Under the pieces are notes generated by a model that made no database searches, was not told the DNA's origin, and saw only the letters and a program-made list of their open reading frames with translations. From a virus (taxonomy: Duplodnaviria; Caudoviricetes): a stretch of DNA of 64,000 bases. Shown here piece by piece: positions 10,080 to 20,200 of this stretch. The stretch covers positions 128,001-192,000 of IMG/VR virus record IMGVR_UViG_3300010163_000001. One strand, written 5' to 3'. A program made the translations under genes and the position numbers. Within the stretch, counting starts at the first letter, position 1. The number at the start of each line of letters is the position of its first letter.

Positions 10080-10402
10080 TACAAATCTCCATTCTTATAA
10101 TTAGTAATCTGCTTCTTGATCTGATTTACATACGTACTTGCTGCGGCACAAATGATACCTTGTACAATGATTTCAAGAATCATGCCGATTACCTCTTGAT
10201 ATGTTTTTGGTGTTGGAGTAACTGAACAGATATAAAAAGCTGCCAGTAATATTCCAAATACCCCATTAATCATTGGAATCCAGCAATCTGCAACAAGAGA
10301 AGTCCTCTTCAGAGCGATTCCAATAAAATAAAGGGCAACCGCCAGTACAACCATTTCAGGTTTAAGATACTGTGCAATAACTTCATATTCCATATATATC
10401 AC
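10079..10402 (-). CDS. phage holin (Firmicutes Phage_holin_5_2/Hol44-like)
   Basis: three hydrophobic helices, KPE...LYFIG..LK...WIP...G, QG...AA...NQ..KQ pattern. Confidence 0.8.
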   Translation of the reverse strand: MIYMEYEVIAQYLKPEMVVLAVALYFIGIALKRTSLVADCWIPMINGVFGILLAAFYICSVTPTPKTYQEVIGMILEIIVQGIICAAASTYVNQIKKQITNYKNGDL

Positions 10403-10450
10403 ATCCTTTTTTTATTTTTAAATAAATGTAATTATTCTTAAATAAAAAAA

Positions 10451-10709
10451 GATGAAAGAGTACTGCTGTCATCCAGTGGATCAGGACTTACGAGAGAGTT
10501 GCCTTTTATTGACAACTTCAGTTTGTCCACTGGAATCTTGCAGTACTCCAAGTTACTGTTTTAACAATGATAAAAGGTTTCCGTGTGAATTTACCATTAA
10601 TATAATATGATTCTGATTGTTTTTCGGTAATATAGGCATGACTTCCCTACCTACTAAACTGATACTAATGATAATATAATACCGGAAGTCACACTTCTTT
10701 CCTTTCATC
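10451..10709 (-). ncRNA. candidate structured RNA or leader upstream of the holin
   Basis: GATGAAAG/CTTTCATC closing helix; nested GAGTACTGC and TCCAGTGGA stems; TGACTTCC/GGAAGTCA stem. Confidence 0.45.
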
Positions 10710-10746
10710 ATTATAAGAATATATCATTGTATTTTCAAAGTTTAAC

Positions 10747-11988
10747 TTAAATACTATATCTATAATTACCATAATTGTAATAAACACGCTTTGGTTCTGG
10801 TAATTTGATATAATCTATAGAATCTCTTGCTCTTGTAATGGCAGTATATCGCAATCTCTTTATCATATCTCTTTTCGCATGACCAAAAGGTTCATCCATA
10901 AATAATACTCTTGGATATTCAGAACCCTGTGATAGATGAACTGTAATTGCATATGCATATTCAAATCTTGATAAATTTGTAAATCCAAAATCTTTTCGTT
11001 CCTCATGATTTGCTTTTAGATATTTATAATCAACTTTTAGTTTTTCAAATGAATCTTCCATAAAGTCTGGTTTAAAATCCATATATAATATATCACGATG
11101 AAGGCTACAATAATTTGCATCTGTTACATATCCAATTAATCCATTTGTAAGATAAATGCCATTTAGACATTCTCCCCAATCATTTTTCCTACAAATCATT
11201 TTTTCATTCAAGATTGGTTTTGGAGAATCAAGATGAAGAATTTCTTTTCGAATCCGGTTATTAAATTCATCTCTTGTCTTATTTTTTGCACATAAAATGA
11301 TATCATAATCGCGCAATAAGTTTTCTCCGAAATCGACAGTAGAGATAACTCTGGATTTTCCATATGTGCCATAATCAATCGGGATATCATTTAAAATGCA
11401 TTGAGAAAGATGAATAATTGGGTCACCTTCCGCTTGTCTCATAATTTTTGTTAATACAAAATCCGGATTATCTAAATCAGATGCGTTTCCAAATACGGGA
11501 GGCAACTGATTTTGATCTCCAGCCATAACTATTGGAATACCAAAGGATAATAAATCTGCCAACATGGAATCATTTACCATACCACGTTCATCAATAAATA
11601 TTAATTTTAAATCTTTTGAAACATGACTTTTTAATATAAATTTTAAAGATTTTCTGAATTTCTCTTCTGGGTTTCCAAATTCATCAAATACAACTTCTTT
11701 TTCCTTTACTATAGTTGGTGTATATGCAAAAGAGTGGATTGTACTTGCATTTAATCCCTGTCTCATCAATACTAAGACAGCTTTTCCGACGTATGCGCAA
11801 GCAATTACTTCATCATTTGTTAAATTGAGTTCTTCTATCATAGACTTCATAACTGTTGTTTTTCCCGTCCCAGCGGCTCCAGAATAATAAAAATATGGTT
11901 TTCCAGAACCAAAATGATGATACCAATGAATCATTTTTCGTTTCAGTTCTTTCTGTTCATCTGTCAGTTCAATTGACAAAGTCATCAC
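10747..11988 (-). CDS. RecD/Dda-like SF1B helicase
   Basis: GAAGTGKTT, IDE, GDQNQLPPV, MRQ, YAITVHLSQGSEY, YTAITRA. Confidence 0.92.
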   Translation of the reverse strand: MMTLSIELTDEQKELKRKMIHWYHHFGSGKPYFYYSGAAGTGKTTVMKSMIEELNLTNDEVIACAYVGKAVLVLMRQGLNASTIHSFAYTPTIVKEKEVVFDEFGNPEEKFRKSLKFILKSHVSKDLKLIFIDERGMVNDSMLADLLSFGIPIVMAGDQNQLPPVFGNASDLDNPDFVLTKIMRQAEGDPIIHLSQCILNDIPIDYGTYGKSRVISTVDFGENLLRDYDIILCAKNKTRDEFNNRIRKEILHLDSPKPILNEKMICRKNDWGECLNGIYLTNGLIGYVTDANYCSLHRDILYMDFKPDFMEDSFEKLKVDYKYLKANHEERKDFGFTNLSRFEYAYAITVHLSQGSEYPRVLFMDEPFGHAKRDMIKRLRYTAITRARDSIDYIKLPEPKRVYYNYGNYRYSI

Positions 11989-12065
11989 TCCTTTCTTTTT
12001 TTATTCGTTATATTTTTAAAACTTTTCTATAATAAATGTTTGACAATAAATGGAGGTGAAAATAT

Positions 12066-12467
12066 ATGGGAAGCAATTGGAAATTGGGAAATGTAGAAGC
12101 TGGTTACACAATCGGAGAACAAACTGGAAATAAATTAAAAGTTTATATTCCAAAAATAACCCCATTAATGGGATTGCCTGATAAACCAGAAGAAACAACA
12201 TTTCCCCTTACTGGAAGTTGTTTTATTAATGATGATAAATGTAAACCGTCTGTTAGTAGTTCTGTTACTGTAAGAAATTATATTGAAGTCCCCCTTAGCA
12301 CAACAGCAAAGGATATTCAATCATTATCAAATTCGGTATCGAAACTGACAGGCGGTGATTCTAAAGAATTTAATCCATCGAAAGGAATCCCTCATAAAAC
12401 AAAAGTATCTATCGAAATTCAAAATAATGATGTTGCGTATATGAAAATTAAAAATCTATATAATTAG
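12066..12467 (+). CDS. hypothetical, probably baseplate-associated protein
   Basis: GGAGG RBS; co-transcribed with the gp53-like gene. Confidence 0.55.
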   Translation: MGSNWKLGNVEAGYTIGEQTGNKLKVYIPKITPLMGLPDKPEETTFPLTGSCFINDDKCKPSVSSSVTVRNYIEVPLSTTAKDIQSLSNSVSKLTGGDSKEFNPSKGIPHKTKVSIEIQNNDVAYMKIKNLYN

Positions 12468-12478
12468 GGGGTGATAGT

Positions 12479-12988
12479 TTGGCAGAGATTCAAGGATCTT
12501 CAATTGATGAGTTTATTGAAAATTATAGGGATATGGATATTAACTTTGATAAGATGCACTTAAAAGAAATAGCTAATCTCACAGATGATGGTTCATCAAC
12601 TTCTGAAGTAATTATATTAGACGAACCACTGATGGATAAATATAGAGAAGACTTAGAAACTATTCTTACACAAAAAACTTTTACAAGTAAAGAGAAAAGT
12701 GTATACTTATATAATCCCTGGAAATTGTCTTATGATCTTTATGGTTCTACAGAATATTGGTGGTTATTGCTAGATGCAAATCAGATGCATTCGGTTACAG
12801 AATTTAATAAAACAACAATCAATGTATATGAGGGAATATTGCCAACTATGATAGGGTATATTCTAAATCTAGAAGAAGCTACGATTAAAAAGAATAATTC
12901 TGAATTGGAATTGTCTGAATTATTTGACAATATTGATTATGATAATAGTGATAGCTACGACGATATTTCTGAAGATAGTTTTGACTGA
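12479..12988 (+). CDS. baseplate wedge protein (T4 gp53/LysM-like)
   Basis: PWKLSYDLYGSTEYWWLLLDAN motif; TTG start with GGGGTG RBS. Confidence 0.7.
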   Translation: MAEIQGSSIDEFIENYRDMDINFDKMHLKEIANLTDDGSSTSEVIILDEPLMDKYREDLETILTQKTFTSKEKSVYLYNPWKLSYDLYGSTEYWWLLLDANQMHSVTEFNKTTINVYEGILPTMIGYILNLEEATIKKNNSELELSELFDNIDYDNSDSYDDISEDSFD

Positions 12989-13025
12989 AATAGGTAGATG
13001 GTTTTTAACCATCTACCTATTTATT

Positions 13026-13196
13026 TTAAGATTTTGGAATATTTGGATCTTCAATTTCTTTATTTAAATACATTTCTCGTGCTTTATCTACACTCATTTT
13101 TAATTTTACAGATGGATTTTCTTTATCTTCCAGAATGATTCCAGTAACAATGTCCGGATGATCTGGAACATGTGCATATCCTGCAATATTATACAT
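13026..13196 (-). CDS. small hypothetical protein (56 aa, MYNIAGYAHVPDHPD...)
   Basis: AAGGAG RBS after the dnaB stop; ends at the terminator at 12989-13020. Confidence 0.6.
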   Translation of the reverse strand: MYNIAGYAHVPDHPDIVTGIILEDKENPSVKLKMSVDKAREMYLNKEIEDPNIPKS

Positions 13197-13213
13197 ATAT
13201 CATTCTCCTTTCT

Positions 13214-14884
13214 CTAACTAGCTTTTATCAAACCATCTAAGGGTATTTCTTCAAACTTTTTAATATCTGGTTTCTTATAATTTATAACATCTGCGACTTT
13301 TGGTCTTTTCTTTACTCCAGTATCCATATTGGAATCATCAATAGAAACTAAATCAGATGCTAAAGATATAATAGAAATTGGTTCTGGTTTATTTACATCT
13401 GGTTCTAATCGAATACCATTGTTATTTTCAAACGGGTGATTGAAATAATCCACTGCAGTAAGATCTTTCTTTCCACGAATTTTTGTTCTCTTAAATGACA
13501 AGAACCACTTTCCAGTAGATTTCTGCATTTCCAAATTGATAAAGCATACCCATGTTGCTTCTTGAATTAAATCCCAACATTGCCCGACATATTGATTTCC
13601 TATAAATCTTCCAATATCTTCTTTATTTTCTTGCATAGATGCTTCTAATATTCCATTACCTTCACGGTTTAACTGCATCGCTGTAATAACTGGAATATCA
13701 AATTCTTGCGCTAATGCTCGAAGTTCTCTTCCAGCATAACTTAATCTTGTACGCTCGTCTCCATAATGCTCTTTAATAGAATCTAACTTTAAAATGTAGT
13801 CAAGGACTAATGCAATTACTTTCTTTCCTTGATTTGCTAAGTCTCGAATTAAAACTCTTATATCATTACAATTAATTTCAAGATCAGAATAATACCGCAT
13901 TTCAATGTCAATACCATCTTCTGAACTAAAAATAAATTTTCCATTTTCTCTTAATATTTTTGCTACCTCTTCAACTTCCATTTCGCGGATTTCTTTTTGT
14001 GTTGGATTATACATATCGAAGAGTCGGATAATCGTTTCATAAATTGTATTCTCTAATGTAACAAATAGAATTACTTTCCGCATTCCATCTTCTACTGGTT
14101 TAATATGTGGATTAAATTGTCTTAACTGATCTGCAATATTCCACAAAGTACCTGATTTAAATCTTCCTGTTCCGCCTAAGAATAAATACAATTCTCCAGA
14201 CTGAAATCCTGGAGATAATACGGCATTCAACTGTCTAATACCAGTTTGTAATATCGTAGATGGCTTTTTAGCTTTATTAACAATTTTCGTCAATAAATCT
14301 ATATATTGGTCTCCAGAGAAATTAAATGAACGTATCAACTCTTCTGGCGCTGATACGTTCTGCAATTTTATCATTAGGTTTGACAATTTCACTTTCATAT
14401 CATTAATGATATCATAATACGAAGTAAACCCAACTGTATCAAAGTCATTTAAACTATTTATAATGTCATCTTTTACTTGATAAATGTAAATATATTGAAG
14501 TCTTTCATTGACTGCTTTATTCATCAACACACAGTCTGAATTTGTTAATTGGTTTTTCTCAAAGTTCACCTTTCCTAATATATCTTCGGAATCTTCTAAA
14601 TTTTCTTTTATATATAGTTTCAAAACAGAATCATCTGAAATTCTTTCTTCCGATATTCCTTTACTCGCGACTTTCAATAGTTTTAATCTATCTAAAATAT
14701 CTGGATTATATTTATAATCGTCAAAATTTAATTGTGATAATAATTTATATAAAACAGAAACTTGTGCTTGTGTTGTATAGTCACATCTTATATATTTAAT
14801 CAAAGCATCAACCATCTCAATATCAAAGTTCATTGAAATAGAATTGCTCTCTAATGATTTACGTTTTTTAATCATTTTTGGCAT
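13214..14884 (-). CDS. dnaB: DnaB-like replicative helicase
   Basis: Walker A GGTGRFKS, FVTLEN, LDYI, LRALAQEFDIPVITAMQLNR. Confidence 0.88.
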   Translation of the reverse strand: MPKMIKKRKSLESNSISMNFDIEMVDALIKYIRCDYTTQAQVSVLYKLLSQLNFDDYKYNPDILDRLKLLKVASKGISEERISDDSVLKLYIKENLEDSEDILGKVNFEKNQLTNSDCVLMNKAVNERLQYIYIYQVKDDIINSLNDFDTVGFTSYYDIINDMKVKLSNLMIKLQNVSAPEELIRSFNFSGDQYIDLLTKIVNKAKKPSTILQTGIRQLNAVLSPGFQSGELYLFLGGTGRFKSGTLWNIADQLRQFNPHIKPVEDGMRKVILFVTLENTIYETIIRLFDMYNPTQKEIREMEVEEVAKILRENGKFIFSSEDGIDIEMRYYSDLEINCNDIRVLIRDLANQGKKVIALVLDYILKLDSIKEHYGDERTRLSYAGRELRALAQEFDIPVITAMQLNREGNGILEASMQENKEDIGRFIGNQYVGQCWDLIQEATWVCFINLEMQKSTGKWFLSFKRTKIRGKKDLTAVDYFNHPFENNNGIRLEPDVNKPEPISIISLASDLVSIDDSNMDTGVKKRPKVADVINYKKPDIKKFEEIPLDGLIKAS

Positions 14885-14929
14885 CTATGTCACCTCGTTC
14901 TACAATCTGATTTATTTCAATGTTACTTC

Positions 14930-15562
14930 TTAATTTTGATTCGGATTTCCTTTCATATATAGATGATAATAATCCGGATGATTGTCATGCAATATATTCA
15001 TCATTGCAGGGGTTAATGCTTTTAAATAAGCACAGATGTTTGGATACTCTTTAATAGCACCACAAATAATTTCTTCACTTGGTTCCTTTACATACTTAAT
15101 TGCATAAGGTTTTTCTCTAATTAGTTTCTCTTGATACTCTGGTCTTATATCACTAAAATATTCCATTAATGATGGATCTTCATCAAAAGCAATTTCCATT
15201 AAATCATTTGACAAGAACTTTTTTGGAACTGATAAGATTGCTTTTGGATTACTTTTCACTGATTTTAAAACCATAGCATCCGTTATCGTTACGTATGTAA
15301 ACTTGTTTTTGATAGTTTTCAAGTTTGCACCATCTATTTCACAAGCAAACATACAAAGTTCTGAAGAGGGGTGCTTCATTTTTCGAAAAAGAGAAGGCTC
15401 TCTTTCTATACAAAACTTCCATACTTCTTCATCTACATACTTTTCTTTTAGCAGTAACACGATTTCGGGGTCACTGATAATTGCATTTAGAATTTTTTGT
15501 TTTATCCCCGTAATATCATCTAGTAACATTTCGCACCTCACTCTCCAAGTGTTTTGAAACAT
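14930..15562 (-). CDS. helical repeat protein (DUF4116-like)
   Basis: repeats of the form 'EE.C..AI...P.AI.Y'. Confidence 0.6.
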   Translation of the reverse strand: MFQNTWRVRCEMLLDDITGIKQKILNAIISDPEIVLLLKEKYVDEEVWKFCIEREPSLFRKMKHPSSELCMFACEIDGANLKTIKNKFTYVTITDAMVLKSVKSNPKAILSVPKKFLSNDLMEIAFDEDPSLMEYFSDIRPEYQEKLIREKPYAIKYVKEPSEEIICGAIKEYPNICAYLKALTPAMMNILHDNHPDYYHLYMKGNPNQN

Positions 15563-15818
15563 TTAAACGATTTATCTTCATTTTTTCTTCTACATCTCTC
15601 GTAAATTCTTCCCATGTCATAGCCTTCCAAGGCGGCATTTCTTTTTTATAGAAGTCTTTCATTCTCTTCTTATCTTCATCTATTTCTTTTTTACGTTCTT
15701 TTTTATATTCTTGATCAATCCTTTTTCGTTTCTTTATAAGATATTCTAATATCGCGCTATTCAGTTCTGCATTAAACATTTTACTATATTCCATATTTAT
15801 TTTCCTCCTATTTTGCAT
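15516..15818 (-). CDS. hypothetical protein
   Basis: GGAGG RBS before the internal ATG (MEYSK). Confidence 0.65.
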   Translation of the reverse strand: MQNRRKINMEYSKMFNAELNSAILEYLIKKRKRIDQEYKKERKKEIDEDKKRMKDFYKKEMPPWKAMTWEEFTRDVEEKMKINRLNVSKHLESEVRNVTR

Positions 15819-16981
15819 TTTTCTTTTATAAAACCCATCGGAATATCAACTTTCTCAGGTGATGTTTCCAATATAAAATCATGAATAATTTCATATGGTT
15901 TCTTATTTTGACTATCATAAATAAAGCCAAGCTTTTTTTCTACCTCTTCATTCTTCTTTTTCTGCTCTTTCTTTAGTTTGTCTTTTAATTTATTCTTAAT
16001 CTTTAACTTTACGTTTTTATATCTAGTTATTTCGCTTCTCAATGAAGATATTAATACATCATTATCTGTTTTGTCATCTAACACATATACGACTATTTTT
16101 AATTTATGTGGTAAATTAAGTATATCTTCATCAAACTTCTTAAGTATATTCCTGATATCATCAATTATCTTTTGGTAGTCTTCTTTAGAGTTGTATAAAT
16201 TTGTGTAAACTTCATAAGTTATATATTCTGCACATAAGGGATTCAATACTTTTTTTACATAATACTTATGGTTTTCTGTATTATACCTTACAAATAAGAT
16301 TCCTTTTGGTTCTTCTTCTCCAAATTCATATCGAAATGGTGTTCCACAATAATACAGATTATCATATTGCTTTCCATCGTGCCAATGTCCTGCTATCATT
16401 GGTCCATAGATAGTTTTATTCCATAAATCATATCGAAAGATTACATTATTTTTCTTTAATAATTCAGGTTTTCTTTTTAATAATTCTCCATACACCACAT
16501 CAAAAGAACCATGAAAGAAACCAATATCTTTTAAAGATAATATTTCATCTAAATATAAATCTTCATATTCAGATGTTTCTATCGTCTCATCGGGACAATA
16601 TATACATTTCAGATCTGGTAATGTCTCTTCCAAAGTAGTTTTAAAAAAGATTTGAAACATGTCATCTGTCAATGGAGAAAATACTTCTAATTGATCATTA
16701 TCATGAGAAGAAGTTCCTTGTACCATTCTGATCTTTATATTATACTCTTTGCATAGAGATAAGATAGAATGGAACCATTCATTCGCCCAAATTGCTTGAG
16801 GACTATTTAAAGAAAGTTTATTATCAAAATAATCTCCGAGAATTACCAATAAATCAATTTCTTTTCCATATAATTTTATAAATACCTTTATAAATTCCAA
16901 ATATTTACATTGTAAATCCGGTTCTATTACTCCCCAATGTAGATCTGAAATTATGATAATATTATAATTCATACATTTCAT
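15797..16981 (-). CDS. SbcD/Mre11-like metallophosphoesterase nuclease
   Basis: ISDLHWG, GDYFD, GTSSHD, FHG, GHWH motifs. Confidence 0.85.
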   Translation of the reverse strand: MKCMNYNIIIISDLHWGVIEPDLQCKYLEFIKVFIKLYGKEIDLLVILGDYFDNKLSLNSPQAIWANEWFHSILSLCKEYNIKIRMVQGTSSHDNDQLEVFSPLTDDMFQIFFKTTLEETLPDLKCIYCPDETIETSEYEDLYLDEILSLKDIGFFHGSFDVVYGELLKRKPELLKKNNVIFRYDLWNKTIYGPMIAGHWHDGKQYDNLYYCGTPFRYEFGEEEPKGILFVRYNTENHKYYVKKVLNPLCAEYITYEVYTNLYNSKEDYQKIIDDIRNILKKFDEDILNLPHKLKIVVYVLDDKTDNDVLISSLRSEITRYKNVKLKIKNKLKDKLKKEQKKKNEEVEKKLGFIYDSQNKKPYEIIHDFILETSPEKVDIPMGFIKEKCKIGGK

Positions 16982-17192
16982 CCTTTCTATTCATATCAAA
17001 AAATATATATAAATTTAATTTATTAAACATTTGTAAATATTTAAATCAAATCTGTATAGTTTTTTAAATATTAGATAACATTGATGTAAGGATGAAATAT
17101 TTGCAACTCACTCCATATTGTTATCTTCCCCGATCATATGTATTTTACTCATTGTTGCAATACTCATCTGTTACAATTTGTTACATTATTTT

Positions 17193-17237
17193 AGATGAAG
17201 AGGAGATGTTAATTCATCTCCTCTTCATCCTTTTTTG
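17193..17237. terminator. bidirectional intrinsic terminator
   Basis: GATGAAGAGGAGATG/CATCTCCTCTTCATC followed by a T-run. Confidence 0.85.
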
Positions 17238-17240
17238 TAT

Positions 17241-20200
17241 TTATTTCTTTGCAATTGCTTCATGTATTTTTGTCAATGACATCTTTGAATAATCCTTATC
17301 AGATTTACTTGAAGATGTTTTATATGTCCTTGGTAACTTAGTATTCCCGTTTCCATAAGAAACGACTGTATTGTTATTTGTAACACTATTATATGACATT
17401 TCTTTGTTATTTTTTTCTTCTCTTTCTACAAACGTCTTTAATACATCTATAATTGTATCCATCTTACTCTCAATATCTCTTGTATTAAGAGCAACTGTTA
17501 ATTTCTCTTTTACTTGTGAATTGGTATTCATTGTTCCAGAACCATATCCAATATCTTCTTCTGTTTCATATTTTTTAGTATCGTATTTATAACTCGTTGG
17601 ATCTATTGTAGAGTTATGACTATCATTTCTTCTTAATTCATAATGTAAATGACTTCCAGTTGACTTACCAGAAGAGCCAACTTTTCCTATTACGCTATCT
17701 TTATACACATGTGTTCCTGGACCATACCCTACTGGTTCATCCATATGCGCAAATAAATGCTGTGTCCCGTCATTGTCTTTTACAACTGCATAGTTACCAT
17801 AACCAGCAACATCAGTACCTGTTGAAATAACATCTCCTTCTATTGGGGATTTAATATCAGTACCATAAGGTGCTCCAATATCCAGACCCCTATGAAACTC
17901 GCTTCCTAATTCTGAATTTCTATGTCCATACCCAGAAGTTACGATTCCTCCAAGAGTATTTGTAAAGTATCCCTCTGGAGTGTCCATGTTCTTATTTGAT
18001 GGTCCGGGACCAAATCCTATAAGATTCTGATTATATGCTCCTGCGACTTCATTTAATCCTCCAAGTAGGGCATCCAGTCCGCTACCCGCTTTTACTACAC
18101 CAGAGCTTCCTGTATTACCACTATTTGTATTGGTATAATTAGTACCTGAATTAGCTACTGATAAATTGTTAATTGCTGCAGATCCACCTTCTGGAGATCT
18201 CCATACTACAGTATATGCTGATCTACTACTATGAGTAATTCCCGGATTATTTACAGATGAATTAGATCCACAATTGTAAACCATATTTGTATTTCCATCT
18301 CGTCCTGCAAATATTTCCGTATGTCCACTAATTACTAAAATATCTCCTGGAACTAGATTTGTCCATCCAGTCCATGGCATATAAGTAAATCCTGAATTTG
18401 TGAGTAAACTATTATTAGATGATAATAATCCGCTAGAACTTGTTAAGAAATCCTGTCCTGTATAATAAGATACACAAGCACTTACAAATCCAGAACAGTC
18501 AGTTCTAACAGATTTTTGTATACCACCTACATTTATTGTGATATAATTGCTTTGTGAATATCCAGGCTGTTGTGCAGCGATTGCTTGTTTTACAGCTTGT
18601 ACAATATTTAACCATGGTGCTCCATAACCAATTGCTTTAGATTTTCCTAATATATTATATCTCAAATAAGACGACTTACCCGGTCCATAGGAAACATTTG
18701 CAGAGGTCGTATTATTTGATGCAACCATAGTATTATTCCCACCGCCATATCTAGCAAGCCAACTATTTGAATATCCAATACGTTCATTTTCTTCTCTAGT
18801 GCTTTGGTCAGCCGGTTGTTCATATACATGTAACATATCATTAGATGCTTTTGATACATCATTTGTTGTAGTTAAGGTATTCAAAAGGGATGGATATCCT
18901 TGAAGTTCATCTTTAAAATATTGAACCTGAGCACTAATATCCCCGACAGAAAGTCCCTGTCCGTGAGCTTTGTCAACTAAACCTTTCTTTCTTGACCAAT
19001 ATGTCCATTGTGCTAATCCATAACCTTTCTTATCATGAATAAAGGAGTCTGGATTCGCATCTGCATTCTTCGTATACTCTTTTGATTTTTCATATCCACT
19101 ACTAAAGTCTCCTTGTACTCTAACTGCATGATTTCCAGATTCTTTCTGCCAGTTACCCATAACACCTGCAGCACCAGCAGGAGTAAATCCTACTTTTATA
19201 AGTTCATTCCAAATATATCCTGTTTCATCATTTGCATCTGTTAATGCATAACTACCACCAGATGCAGTTGTATCTCCACTATTGTCAGGAGACAAATCCA
19301 TTAATTGTATAAGTGCATTTTGTTTTGCTTTTTCATAGTCATCACCTGAAGCCTGTGCAGAAATTGCAAATCCTATTGCTTGTAACTTTTGAGAAACTGT
19401 TGCATTACTCGTATCTACATTCATTGTATCTGATGAATTTGTAAGCATGGTATATCCCGTATTTTGTGGAGAGTTAACCATATAGCCACCAACTCCATCA
19501 GTTGCATAATTTACTCCAGAAACTTTTGGAGTTACCGTATATCTTGAATCTGTTTTTGTATTCACTCCGGATGGGACACCGTACTTCTTCCCTATGGAAA
19601 GAGCACCATTTCTCATCATTGCAACTATACCTTGTCCGGCACCATTGGATTTTAATCCATTTGTCATTGCTACACTAGCTACTGCAGAAGCAGCCTTCTT
19701 AAAGGCTTTATTTCCAGTTCCGATTCCATATCCTACATTTAACGTAAATGGTCCCTTTGAATTTCCACTAGGAGTGGGTTTTGCAAATGGATTGTTTTTA
19801 AAGAACGGACTATTTGCAGTTTTCTTTTTATTTGTGTTTATTTGCTGTTGAAATACCTTAGCTGCATTTTTCTTAACTTCAGGTGAGATATTACCAACAA
19901 CAGAATCTTTTTCGTAATTTATTCCAGAAACTTTCGGAGCTGTATGATAAGAATATGGCATACCCATTTCATACATTTTCTTTGCATATGCAATCTTTTG
20001 TGTTACAATTGTATTGTAATTTTCATAATCAGGAGTTCCAGGTGGCGCTCCTGCATATTGAAGTTCATCTGTAAATTGTGTTGTCAATGCCATAATTCCT
20101 TGCTCTGTGAGCTGGAACTTCTTTATTGCTTCTTCAACAGTTTTTGGATCATTGCTTGTCAATCCTGCTTTTTCAGCAGCTTCTGCAGCTCCTTTATTTG

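Noticed and set aside
10470-10530. SRP (4.5S) RNA suggested by TCAGG in a long hairpin
   Set aside because: No GNRA tetraloop with the opposing AGCAG motif
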